A DNA stretch of 51,606 bases, taken from positions 1 through 51,606 of IMG/VR virus record IMGVR_UViG_3300049136_000115; one strand, written 5' to 3'. Below, one piece after another: positions 27,717 through 35,827 of the stretch. Source of the DNA: a virus (lineage: Duplodnaviria > Caudoviricetes). Position 1 is the stretch's first letter. Each line of letters opens with the position of its first letter. A model generated the notes under the pieces. The model saw nothing but the letters and a program-made list of their open reading frames with translations. It ran no database searches and was not told where the DNA came from. The position numbers and the translations under genes were made by a program.

Positions 27717-28367
27717 CTACTTGATGGCGCCGGTCCAGTTGGGGTCCTCCCCGAGGAAGCTGCCGTCCTCGAGCCACTCCTTGTCCATGCGGGACACGGT
27801 GAACAGGACATCCTTGCCGTCGCTCTTGGCGAGGGTGTAGTCGGACGTGAACGTGGCGTCCCGGCCCGGGGCGAGGCGGCCGGTCATCAGCTTGGAGCCG
27901 AGCTCGACGTAGATGGTCTCGGTCTGGCCACCGGTGGTGGCGCCCTGGGCGTCGTAGCCGAAGCCCTCCAGGTCGTACGGCTTCTTCGTGCCGTTGGTGA
28001 TGGTGAAGGTAACCCGGAACGCGGTCCGGTCGGCTTCCGGACGGTCGTCGTACTCGCCGAAGCGGGTGATGGTCTTGATGCTGTCGACCTTGACCTTGAG
28101 GCCATCGGTGTAGGCGAAGGTGTCGCCGACGGACAGCTCCGTGTCGGGCTGCTCTTCAGCCGCAGGGCTGGCGCTTGAGCACTGCTCGGTCCATTCGGCC
28201 TGCGTGAGGCCGGAGTCGGGCCCGCAGTCGGGCGTGCTGGAGGCCGGCGCGCTGGCGGCCGCGGTGGCGCGTTCGGCTTTGCCCTGCGACGGCTCATCCG
28301 CGCTGCAGCCGGTGAGGGCGGCGGCGAGGATCGCGATGGTGGCGAGCGTAGTGGTTCTGGCGTGCAT
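27717..28367 (-). CDS. Lipoprotein with Ig-like (DUF4352-like) domain
   Basis: Lipobox LTGC; ELSVGDTF..DGLKVKV, FTITNGTK, GRLAPG. Confidence 0.8.
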   Translation of the reverse strand: MHARTTTLATIAILAAALTGCSADEPSQGKAERATAAASAPASSTPDCGPDSGLTQAEWTEQCSSASPAAEEQPDTELSVGDTFAYTDGLKVKVDSIKTITRFGEYDDRPEADRTAFRVTFTITNGTKKPYDLEGFGYDAQGATTGGQTETIYVELGSKLMTGRLAPGRDATFTSDYTLAKSDGKDVLFTVSRMDKEWLEDGSFLGEDPNWTGAIK

Positions 28368-28505
28368 GGTCCCCCCAAGGACGGTACTGACTGCCCGTCA
28401 TTGTGGGGCACGGCGAAGATGATGGATGTGCTGTGCATGGTTCGTGGCGCAGCTGTGACACGAGCGAGCCGAGGATTCGGCAAGGAGCCGGGCATCATCT
28501 TGGCC

Positions 28506-29030
28506 ATGAGCACCGAGGTACTGGTTGGCGTCATCGGGCTGTCAGGGGCACTTGTGGGCGCCGCAGCAGCCTTTGCGGGCGTGGTCTACCAGCAGAAGCA
28601 CCAGGAGAAGATGGCCAGGTCCCAGCGGCGCGATGCTCTGGCGCAGCAGGCAGTGGACACACTCATGGCGGAGCTGGAGGAGGCACGGAGGCTGGTGTGG
28701 TCCGTGCCTGGAGATGCGGAAGAACCCCCCGACCTTCCGGAGCGCCTCCGGCGCCACATTGACGTGATCCGGCTGGCAGTTCTCCGGATTCCACACCAGG
28801 AACTGCGCGAGGCCATAGACGCGGCGTGCATGGTGGAGTTCGGCCGCTTCGAAGGATTTCAGGAACACGTTGGGCTGCCAGCACCGCGGATCGTCGTCAA
28901 TGCGATGTGCTGGGACGCGCAGAAGTGCCTTGGCGCCTACCTACGTCAAGAGAAGCTGCCTGAAACGACCTTCCTCTTCGAGGCTCGGGACTACTTCCAC
29001 TCCATGATCCACCCCGTGATCAACCGATAG
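28506..29030 (+). CDS. Opposite-strand moron, N-terminal TM helix plus helical domain
   Basis: MSTEVLVGVIGLSGALVGAAAAFAGVVYQQ; own terminator; atypical codons incl. ATA at 28815. Confidence 0.75.
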   Translation: MSTEVLVGVIGLSGALVGAAAAFAGVVYQQKHQEKMARSQRRDALAQQAVDTLMAELEEARRLVWSVPGDAEEPPDLPERLRRHIDVIRLAVLRIPHQELREAIDAACMVEFGRFEGFQEHVGLPAPRIVVNAMCWDAQKCLGAYLRQEKLPETTFLFEARDYFHSMIHPVINR

Positions 29031-29032
29031 TG

Positions 29033-29072
29033 AGCGAGCCCCGCCACGGTCGGCGTCGTGGCGGGGCTCGCT
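29033..29072. terminator. 16-bp hairpin between convergent units
   Basis: AGCGAGCCCCGCCACG-GTCGGCGT-CGTGGCGGGGCTCGCT. Confidence 0.8.
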
Positions 29073-29076
29073 GGCT

Positions 29077-29166
29077 TGGAGGAGGCCCGGGGTTCGACCC
29101 CAGCCGGGAGCACGGCGTTCGCGCGGGCCTCCAGAGACCGTCCGGTGTACGGCCGGCTAGTGCTCC
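29077..29166 (-). ncRNA. Candidate structured, tRNA-like RNA
   Basis: GGAGCAC/GTGCTCC closing stem with three internal hairpins, then GGGG-TCGAA-CCCC hairpin and TCCTCCA. Confidence 0.3.
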
Positions 29167-29202
29167 ATCCCGCCCCTAGCGCACGCCGGTTACCGAGGGC
29201 TC

Positions 29203-29706
29203 TCAGCCCTGCGAGGGGCGTCCCGCCGCCTGTTCTCGTCGGTACCGCTGGAGCTCACGCCGGTACAGCACGAGGTCCAGTCCATGGACTGTGACGGCGA
29301 GAACAATAGCCGTAGCGAGGTAGCTCCAGATTCCCGTGTACCAAGGGTTCAGGTACCGATCAACGAGGAGGGCGGACAACCAGATGCCCATGTTCAGCCT
29401 GCCTTCACGGTCGAAGACCGCCGCGACGAGGCTCCGAGCCAGCCTGGCACGTTTTGGGCGGTACAGGCGCCGCACGCTCGTCATTGCACTCACGAGGAGG
29501 GTGAGCGCAGCGAAGAGCTTGAGGATCTTCCCGGGGCGGTCCTGGAGCCCGGCGGCCCACTCTTCCTCCAGGCGCTCACGGACCGTGGGGTCTGGTACGC
29601 AGCGTGCCGCGAGTCGGATCACCTTGCGGGCGAGCCAGGGGCTGATGTCGCAGAACTCGTTGATGACGAGTCCGAGGACGATCGCGGTGACGAGTTCGGT
29701 GCTCAC
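29203..29706 (-). CDS. Membrane protein partner of PadR regulator
   Basis: Coupled to PadR gene; PWLARKVIRLAA...RERLEEEW motif and several TM segments. Confidence 0.78.
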   Translation of the reverse strand: MSTELVTAIVLGLVINEFCDISPWLARKVIRLAARCVPDPTVRERLEEEWAAGLQDRPGKILKLFAALTLLVSAMTSVRRLYRPKRARLARSLVAAVFDREGRLNMGIWLSALLVDRYLNPWYTGIWSYLATAIVLAVTVHGLDLVLYRRELQRYRREQAAGRPSQG

Positions 29707-30050
29707 CAGGCCGCTCCCAAGTGCCGCATGAACCCGAGGGCGGGGCCCAGCTTGGAGCCCCGGCGAACGGGCAGCTGGCCGCGACGCTCCTGGACTATGG
29801 CTCGAGCGGACGTCACGCCGTCCGGGGTGAGCTTGTAGAAGCGCCTGCGGGGTCGGCCGGCCTCCGGGTGCTCGGTTTCCCAGCGGCTTTCCACCCAGCC
29901 TGCCTCTTCGAGTCGGAGCAGGATCGGGTACACGCTGCCCGTAGGTTTGCCTGCCGCTTTGGCAACGGCGAAGCCGTGCAGTTCGTCGCCGGGGATGAGG
30001 ACTTCGAGGACATCGAGAGTCGCCCCAGTGATCTTGAATGGGGTCTTCAT
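29703..30050 (-). CDS. PadR-family transcriptional regulator
   Basis: HGFAV...GSVYPILLRLEEAGWVESRWE...RPRRRFYKLTPDG. Confidence 0.92.
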   Translation of the reverse strand: MKTPFKITGATLDVLEVLIPGDELHGFAVAKAAGKPTGSVYPILLRLEEAGWVESRWETEHPEAGRPRRRFYKLTPDGVTSARAIVQERRGQLPVRRGSKLGPALGFMRHLGAAW

Positions 30051-30055
30051 GGACC

Positions 30056-30087
30056 TAACTCTAGCTATATAGAGTTAACGGTGTCCA
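30056..30087 (-). promoter_or_regulatory. Leaderless promoter with overlapping palindromic operator
   Basis: TGGACA-18-TAGAGT, 7 nt before ATG; TAACTCTA-N6-TAGAGTTA (30056-30077). Confidence 0.72.
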
Positions 30088-30092
30088 GCTGA

Positions 30093-30488
30093 TCACTCAC
30101 TCGACTTCCGGTACGCACGGCGCCCGGCGAGGGCCTGGGTGATGGTGGCGCCGGTCCAGCGGTGCGCGCGGCCTTCGGTGTCGTCGGGGGCGGGCCAGCG
30201 GTCCTTGGAGCGTTCGGCGCGGATGGTGGCGGCTGTGATGCCGGTGAGGTCTTCGATCTCGCGGGCGGTGTAGAGGCGGTGGGGCTCCAGCTCGACGGCG
30301 GGCCGCTCGATGTTCTCGGCGATGGCCTGGTCGACGGTGGCCGGGTCGAAAAGCAGGAACTTGCCGCGCTTGCCGATCGGATCGGGCCACGCGGGGTGGC
30401 GTGCCCAGACGTTGCGTACCCGGTGCTCGCTGCGGCCGTGGCGGGCGGCAATCTCGGCGTACGTCTCGCCGTTCGGGGTGTCTACCAT
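30093..30488 (-). CDS. Double-HTH (AlpA-like) DNA-binding protein
   Basis: TYAEIAARHG...WPDPIG and YTAREIEDLTGIT...WPAPD duplicated HTH. Confidence 0.72.
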   Translation of the reverse strand: MVDTPNGETYAEIAARHGRSEHRVRNVWARHPAWPDPIGKRGKFLLFDPATVDQAIAENIERPAVELEPHRLYTAREIEDLTGITAATIRAERSKDRWPAPDDTEGRAHRWTGATITQALAGRRAYRKSSE

Positions 30489-30599
30489 GGTGGTGTCCGT
30501 CCCTTGTGGATGGTTGGTGACCGGCGGGGGTTTTCCGGCGGGCGCTTCGGCTCCTGTGGGCTTTGGCCCGGCCCCCGCTGGTCGTCTCGGCTTACGGGC

Positions 30600-30628
30600 G
30601 AGGCCCCCGGCTGGCTGCCGGGGGCCTC
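30600..30628. terminator. 12-bp hairpin after 30635..31015
   Basis: GAGGCCCCCGGC-TGGCT-GCCGGGGGCCTC. Confidence 0.6.
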
Positions 30629-30634
30629 GGCGTG

Positions 30635-31015
30635 TCACTCCTCCCGCGAGCGGATCAGTTCGCGGGCCGCGGCGCCGAGTGCTTCACCGCCGGTCACGAG
30701 GTTGATCCTGATCTCCAGGCTCACGATGTGTTCCCCGGTCTCCATGTACCGGCTGAACAGGTGGGCTGCGGAGAGCCAGTGGAGGCACCCTCCCCAGATC
30801 CCTGCCTGAAGGTCTTCGCTGATCGGTTCGTCCTCGATGACTTCGGTGACCTTGGTGACGGCCTGGATCATCTCCTGGCCGTGGAGGGTGTTGTCGGCGA
30901 AGTCGGGGAGGGTGATCGGGATCGGGAGGAACCCGCACACCCTGGTGATCAGGGTGTAGATCCCGAGGATGGCGATTCCCAGGTTCTGGGTCTCCCGCTC
31001 GGACTCATCAGACAT
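30635..31015 (-). CDS. Hypothetical acidic protein (126 aa) with own promoter
   Basis: GAGAGG RBS; start MSDESE. Confidence 0.75.
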   Translation of the reverse strand: MSDESERETQNLGIAILGIYTLITRVCGFLPIPITLPDFADNTLHGQEMIQAVTKVTEVIEDEPISEDLQAGIWGGCLHWLSAAHLFSRYMETGEHIVSLEIRINLVTGGEALGAAARELIRSREE

Positions 31016-31090
31016 AGTGTCCGTCCTCTCTTGAGTTGTGGTGGTTGGTGAAGGTCTTGGGGTTTCCGGCCCCTCGTTCCTTCTGTCTCT

Positions 31091-31120
31091 ATTATGGACC
31101 ATTCACGCATCGTTTTGCAA
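31091..31120 (-). promoter_or_regulatory. Housekeeping-sigma-like promoter
   Basis: TTGCAA-18-CATAAT in AT-rich patch. Confidence 0.65.
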
Positions 31121-31177
31121 CACTTTTGGCGGGAAAATGGCCCCAACTTCCATGCGAGCCGGGGCCGTTGCAGCAGC

Positions 31178-31585
31178 TCACGCAAGCTGCCAGCCGGACA
31201 GCCGGTAGTCGACCCCGACCTCAGCCGTCAGCCGCCGGCCCGGCAGCTGCCCCGGCTCCAGGCCCACCGCCTCGGCGATCTCGGCGGCCGGGTAACGCTC
31301 CGACTCGCCCTGCTCATCAGGCGGCACGTCGGCGACGACTTCGGCCTGGTCGCCGAACAGCAGCACGACACGGACGGTGACACGCTCGCTCATGACGGAA
31401 TCTCTCTGGTTCGCGGGCAGTTGGGTGTCGCAGTCGGGGCACAGGTAGGCCAGCAGCTCGCCGTCGACGACGCTGCGCACCTCCACGGGCTCGTGGTGGC
31501 GGCAGGCGCCCCGTATCCACTCCGAGGGGCCGCCCATGGTCGGGATCTCGATCCACTCGAAGCGGGGGTCGTCAGGGGCGCTCAC
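31178..31585 (-). CDS. Hypothetical protein; CRH/CPDC zinc module in frame with a 71-aa domain starting at ATG 31393
   Basis: GTG 31585; second Met (MSERVTVRV) could be an independent start. Confidence 0.6.
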   Translation of the reverse strand: MSAPDDPRFEWIEIPTMGGPSEWIRGACRHHEPVEVRSVVDGELLAYLCPDCDTQLPANQRDSVMSERVTVRVVLLFGDQAEVVADVPPDEQGESERYPAAEIAEAVGLEPGQLPGRRLTAEVGVDYRLSGWQLA

Positions 31586-31601
31586 GGTCTCATCCTGCCT
31601 T

Positions 31602-31991
31602 CTACGTGGGGCCTTCCTGGGCGTGCTCGTTGGTCGCGGTGAAGTGGTCGGCCATGGCGCGGATCGCGGCGCGCGCGACAGCGACGTTCTCCCGTGGCGT
31701 GTCGGGCCTGGCTCGGACGGCGCGCAGGACGGCGAGGGCCTGGCGCAGCGGCTCGTCAAGCACGAGGACCAGGCGGTCGTCGTCCGGCGCGGTCTCCGGC
31801 GCGGCGGCGGCCGGTTCCGGCGCGGCCTCGGCGTCTTCCTGGCGGATCGCTTCGAGGTCGCGGCGGATCGCGTCCTTGCCGACCCCGATCTGAGCTGCGA
31901 TCTTCCGGGTGCTGAGTGTCGGGTCCTGCTCGATGAGCTGGCGCACGAGGGCGCGGCGCGTGGCGACGGTCATGGCGGGCGGCTGGCTCAC
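31602..31991 (-). CDS. HTH DNA-binding protein
   Basis: LSTRKIAAQIGVGKDAIRRDL. Confidence 0.78.
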   Translation of the reverse strand: MSQPPAMTVATRRALVRQLIEQDPTLSTRKIAAQIGVGKDAIRRDLEAIRQEDAEAAPEPAAAAPETAPDDDRLVLVLDEPLRQALAVLRAVRARPDTPRENVAVARAAIRAMADHFTATNEHAQEGPT

Positions 31992-32674
31992 GTCGCCTCC
32001 CCCTCGGTGTCGCCGGTGGCGCACGCCGGCGCGGTGATGTCGCGCCAGCCGTCGGCCCACGCCCCTTCGGTTGCGGAGAACAAGCGCCAGGCGTCGTCGT
32101 CGAACCGTAGCCAGCCGAGCGCGGCCCGCTCGCCCGTCTGCGGGTTGGTGGTCACGGCGTCGCAGCGGAACGACCAGGCGCGGTGCGCGTACGTCCGGCC
32201 GGGCTGGAAGAAGTCTGGAGTGGACTCGCCCTCGTGCGGCTGGCTGCCGCCGCTGGTGTCCTTCTCCATCTCGGCGGCCCACTGGGTGAGCCGGGCGGCG
32301 GCATGCGTGATGCCGTCGCAGAAGATGGCGCGGCTGACGTGCTCGGTCCGCTCGCGCAGGAGCCGGATCGCGTCCTGGCGGCGCACCTCGTTGGCGTACG
32401 CGCGCAACTGGTCGGGAGTGGCATCGGCCTTACGGCTGCACTTCTCCCCAGCCTTCTCCCGCAGCCGCCCGGCGGCGGCCCGCAACACGCAGGAGTCACA
32501 GCCGCCGCAGCCGCAGTCGTCGTCCACGTCGACGTCGGCGGCGGCCTCCAGGAGCGCCGCGGCGCGGACCTCGTCGCGGTACGCGTTCAGCATCTGCTGA
32601 GCCTGCTCGTGCGTGACGGGCCCGCCAGCGACCGGAGCGACCAACGCGCTGAAGATGGGCCGTCGCGCGCTCAC
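31988..32674 (-). CDS. Hypothetical mosaic phage protein
   Basis: Coupled GTG; CGCGGCDSC and PDFFQPGRTY modules. Confidence 0.7.
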   Translation of the reverse strand: MSARRPIFSALVAPVAGGPVTHEQAQQMLNAYRDEVRAAALLEAAADVDVDDDCGCGGCDSCVLRAAAGRLREKAGEKCSRKADATPDQLRAYANEVRRQDAIRLLRERTEHVSRAIFCDGITHAAARLTQWAAEMEKDTSGGSQPHEGESTPDFFQPGRTYAHRAWSFRCDAVTTNPQTGERAALGWLRFDDDAWRLFSATEGAWADGWRDITAPACATGDTEGEAT

Positions 32675-32871
32675 CGGGTCACCGCCTCCGGCTGACGGGC
32701 CAGCTGTGCGGTGCGGTCGGCGGGGCACCAGTCGCCGGCGTCGTCGCAGCGCCAGCCGTGCCGCAGGCGTGCCTTCAGGCGGGCGTGCGCGGCGTTGCGG
32801 GTGCTCTCCACCGTGACCTTGGCGCGGCAGCCCCGGCGGTCGCAGTACAGCGTGTGGGCGTAGCCGATCAC
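32671..32871 (-). CDS. Small zinc-finger-like protein
   Basis: CDRRGC...GW...DWCP. Confidence 0.65.
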   Translation of the reverse strand: MIGYAHTLYCDRRGCRAKVTVESTRNAAHARLKARLRHGWRCDDAGDWCPADRTAQLARQPEAVTR

Positions 32872-33161
32872 TGGTCGCCGCCCTTCTTCCGCTTCGGCTG
32901 CCACACGGCCGCCACGTCGACCCACGCGTTGTAGTCCTCCAGCGGCATCCCGCCCGCGTCGGAGGCGTTGTCGTTGAGGGCCGTCGCGGCGGCGTTGGCG
33001 AGGACGGCCTGCACGAGCGCGGCGGTCAGGTCGGCGCTACGGCGGGCGAGGCGCTCCTCGGTGGACAGGTGGGCCTTCCAGCCGGTGTCGGCGTTCATCC
33101 AGTGGTCGGCCTGGTCGGCGAGGCGTTCGGCCTCGCGGTAGTGCTCGGGTCCGGTGGCCAT
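32868..33161 (-). CDS. Hypothetical phage protein
   Basis: MATGPEHYREAERL; coupled start. Confidence 0.75.
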   Translation of the reverse strand: MATGPEHYREAERLADQADHWMNADTGWKAHLSTEERLARRSADLTAALVQAVLANAAATALNDNASDAGGMPLEDYNAWVDVAAVWQPKRKKGGDQ

Positions 33162-33718
33162 CAGGCGCACGCTCCCTCGGTGTCGAGCCGTGCCGCCCAT
33201 TCGGCGAGCGCGGCGAAGTCGTCGTCGGTCAGGCCCTTGCTCGGGTCGACCCAGTGCAGGAGCGCGGGCCCGTCGTGGTGCCGGGCGACATACTCGCGGT
33301 CGACGTCGAGGATCTGGTCGTCCACCCAGGCGAACGGCCGCCCGGCCGCGTACTCCACGACCCGCCACGTCTTGACGTAGGTGCCGTCGGGCCGGATCAC
33401 GGTCTGGTCGCCGAACTCGATGACGAGCAGGTCCTCGTTGGGGAGGCCGATGCGCCAGCCGATCCACTCGTTCGCGTCGTGCTCCCACGTCGTCGCCCAC
33501 ACCAGCTCGAACGGCAGCGCCTGGAGCGCGGGGCCGTGGGCCGGGTTGAGCCACACGCGCAGGGGCTTGACTCGGTGTTCGGGCAGGCCGCCGTGCTGGG
33601 CGATCCACCCGTCGGGCTTCATGCGGTGCGTCTGGTAGCCGGCCGGGCGGCGGTGCGGCGGCGCATCGAACGGGTTCAGCGGCCCGTCGACGTCCAGGAG
33701 CAGCAGAGGCTTGGCCAC
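33161..33718 (-). CDS. HAD-superfamily phosphatase (HAD_SAK, RNA-repair-like)
   Basis: LLLDVDGPLNP, LVWATTW, K, FAWVDD motifs. Confidence 0.88.
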   Translation of the reverse strand: MAKPLLLLDVDGPLNPFDAPPHRRPAGYQTHRMKPDGWIAQHGGLPEHRVKPLRVWLNPAHGPALQALPFELVWATTWEHDANEWIGWRIGLPNEDLLVIEFGDQTVIRPDGTYVKTWRVVEYAAGRPFAWVDDQILDVDREYVARHHDGPALLHWVDPSKGLTDDDFAALAEWAARLDTEGACA

Positions 33719-33723
33719 GGCAC

Positions 33724-34098
33724 TCAGTCCTCGAACTCGGGCAGGCCGCGGGTGTCCAGGCCCATCGGCGAGCTGGCGGCGTGCATGCGGTCCAGAGCCC
33801 AGCTCAATCCCCTTGCGAGGGTGGCGGCGTCGCCGACGAGGGCACGCAGTTCGGTCACAGCCGGCTCGGGGTCCCCGCCGCCGTCGACGAGCACGCGGCC
33901 CTGATCGTGCGTGTGCTCCACGGGCCGCATGGTCTGCTCGATGGCCTGCGGCAGCATGCGCACGAGGTAGGCGAGGGAGCCGATCGCGTCGTAGGCGTGC
34001 GGCGGGTACTGCCAGCCGTCGCCGGTGCTGATCGTGTCGTGGTTGAACTGGCGGATGAGGTCGCCGGCCTGCGAGGCGGTCCGGCCAGGTGTCGTCAT
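33724..34098 (-). CDS. Hypothetical helical protein
   Basis: GGAG RBS; IRQFNHDT...LPQAIEQ. Confidence 0.72.
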   Translation of the reverse strand: MTTPGRTASQAGDLIRQFNHDTISTGDGWQYPPHAYDAIGSLAYLVRMLPQAIEQTMRPVEHTHDQGRVLVDGGGDPEPAVTELRALVGDAATLARGLSWALDRMHAASSPMGLDTRGLPEFED

Positions 34099-34193
34099 GG
34101 TGTGCTCCGGTGGGTGGTTGGGGCCCGGCGGCGGGAAGCGAGTCTGGCGCCGTAGCGCGGTCGCGTGTCCGGCCGCCGGGCGGTCTGCGGGGG

Positions 34194-34832
34194 TCAGTGG
34201 ACGCGGAAGCCGCCGCGCCGCTGGGCGCGCTCCAGGTAGGAGATCCACTTGAGCCAGTGGTCCAGTTCGCCCCCGGCGGACGTGATGATCACCTTGACCT
34301 CGTCGCCGCTGTGGGTGCGGTACGACTCCAGCGCGGCGGCGATCTCCTCGGGGGTGACCAGCCAGCCGTCGTTCGAGCCGAACTTGTGCAGCGCGATCCC
34401 GAACGGCGGCTCGGGGTGCCACGCGAGGTGCGCGTCAAGCTGCTTCACGTAGGCCAGCGCTTCCGGCTTCACCGGCAGGTCCGATCCGTCGGCGGGCGCC
34501 TCAGCGGCCTTGATGTCCTCCCAGGTGATGCCGTCCGGCTCGTGCGGCCACGGCGGCAGGGAGTAGCCGTCGGCCACCATGCCGAGCTGGGTCATGATCT
34601 CCCGGTAGCGGGACATGCCCCAGCCGTTCAGGCGGAAGTACGAGGTGTCGGCGCTCTCCAGGGCGTCCAGCGCCTTGGTGACCTTCGCCTGCGCGGCGAT
34701 GTAGTCGGAGTGGGTGCGGGGCACGGTGAGCGCGTCCCTGGCCTTCACGGCCTCGTTGAACGCGGCCTCTCCCTCGGCGGCCTTGGCCGTCTCGGTCTCG
34801 GGCGTCGTCTCGATGTACATGTCGTAGCCCAC
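34194..34832 (-). CDS. Hypothetical phage protein (212 aa)
   Basis: AAGGAG RBS; MGYDMY, YFRLN, KFGSNDGWLVTPEE, GGFRVH. Confidence 0.8.
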   Translation of the reverse strand: MGYDMYIETTPETETAKAAEGEAAFNEAVKARDALTVPRTHSDYIAAQAKVTKALDALESADTSYFRLNGWGMSRYREIMTQLGMVADGYSLPPWPHEPDGITWEDIKAAEAPADGSDLPVKPEALAYVKQLDAHLAWHPEPPFGIALHKFGSNDGWLVTPEEIAAALESYRTHSGDEVKVIITSAGGELDHWLKWISYLERAQRRGGFRVH

Positions 34833-34862
34833 GGCGGGCTCCTTCGGTTCGGTCCTGGGGAG

Positions 34863-34935
34863 TGGCGCCGACGGGACTCGAACCCGCGCACTGCGACTTA
34901 TAAGATCGCTGCTCTGCCAACTGAGCTACGGCGCT
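34863..34935 (-). tRNA. tRNA-Ile (anticodon UAU), 73 nt, A1-C72 mismatch, CCA not encoded
   Basis: AGCGCCG TA GCTC AGTTGGCA GAGC A GCGAT CTTATAA GTCGC AGTGC GCGGG TTCGAGT CCCGT CGGCGCC A. Confidence 0.9.
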
Positions 34936-34959
34936 TCGGTGTTGAGTTGTGAGTTGTGC

Positions 34960-35038
34960 GGGCCGCGCCCCGTAGGGGGGAGTCGGGGCGCGGCCCTGGT
35001 GGCGGCCGGGTCGGGGGAAGGAAGGTGGCCCGGCCGCC
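34960..35038. other. Two GC-rich hairpins upstream of the tRNA
   Basis: GGGCCGCGCCCCG/CGGGGCGCGGCCC (34960-34996); GGCGGCCGGG/CCCGGCCGCC (35001-35038). Confidence 0.55.
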
Positions 35039-35048
35039 GGTCTCGGGG

Positions 35049-35294
35049 TCAGCCGGAGGCGGCGGAGCGGGTGATGGACTGGCGGCGGGCGTGGTGCGGG
35101 CCGGACAGCTCGCCCCACGGGTCGACCAGCGCGAACCGCACGTCCGCGAGGCCCATGCGGTCCATGGCGCGGCAGATGCCGCAGGGGCACGGGAGGGCGA
35201 GCCACAGGCCGTGCAGGTCCGTGATCGAGCCGTGGTAGATGACCAGGTCGCCGGGCTCGATCAGGTCCAGCGAGCGGAACAGTGTGTCCGACAT
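35049..35294 (-). CDS. Small hypothetical protein with CPCGIC motif
   Basis: GGGGAG RBS; MSDTLFRSL. Confidence 0.7.
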   Translation of the reverse strand: MSDTLFRSLDLIEPGDLVIYHGSITDLHGLWLALPCPCGICRAMDRMGLADVRFALVDPWGELSGPHHARRQSITRSAASG

Positions 35295-35332
35295 GGCTCC
35301 CCCTTCGCGGTTGGTGTGGGCGGTGGTGCGGG

Positions 35333-35677
35333 TTACGGGTGGCTGCGGAGCGGGCCCCCGGTCGGGGTCCAGCGCATGGCGTCGCCGCTGCCGTGCCATG
35401 CCGGACCGGTGTGCCGGGCCGGGGTGACCGGGCGGGCCTGCCCGGCGGTGCAGCCGTACAGCTCCCATGCGCGGGCGAGGATGTGCTGCTCACTCGGCGC
35501 GTAGGTCATGACCTGGCGGAAGCGGCCGTTGATGAACCGGAAGGCGCGGCCCGGCTCGCGGCCGTAGGTCTGGCGGTAGATGCGGGCGGCCACGCGACCG
35601 AGCGGGGAGCCGTAGTTCCAGTCGGCCGGGAGACCGCGGCGAACGAGGTATTCGGCGACGGTGATCCTGCGGTTCAT
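35333..35677 (-). CDS. Hypothetical protein (114 aa), first gene after internal promoter
   Basis: MNRRITVAEYL...GSPLGRVAARIYR. Confidence 0.7.
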   Translation of the reverse strand: MNRRITVAEYLVRRGLPADWNYGSPLGRVAARIYRQTYGREPGRAFRFINGRFRQVMTYAPSEQHILARAWELYGCTAGQARPVTPARHTGPAWHGSGDAMRWTPTGGPLRSHP

Positions 35678-35728
35678 GGCACCCCCTGCGTGGTCTACCG
35701 GGGCCGATAACCCGGCCCCATGTAGAAG

Positions 35729-35757
35729 ATTGTACTAGGAAGTACGAGTCTCCACAA
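35729..35757 (-). promoter_or_regulatory. Promoter probably driving the 35677-33161 unit including tRNA and HAD gene
   Basis: TTGTGG-17-TACAAT in AT-rich island, followed by leader hairpin GGGGCCG/CGGCCCC. Confidence 0.65.
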
Positions 35758-35827
35758 GATAGATGTCCTACTTTCTTTGACACCTCTGGCCCCACCCGCT
35801 CGCAGGCCCTCCCACGACCGCGCCCCG

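Noticed and set aside
29077-29166. Bona fide tRNA or HDV-like ribozyme call
   Set aside because: No 7-nt anticodon loop or proper T arm in register; L3, P1.1 and J4/2 deviate from HDV consensus. Kept only as a candidate ncRNA.
34863-34935. tRNA as prophage attachment site
   Set aside because: Internal to phage genes, no duplicated 3' fragment seen, no integrase nearby
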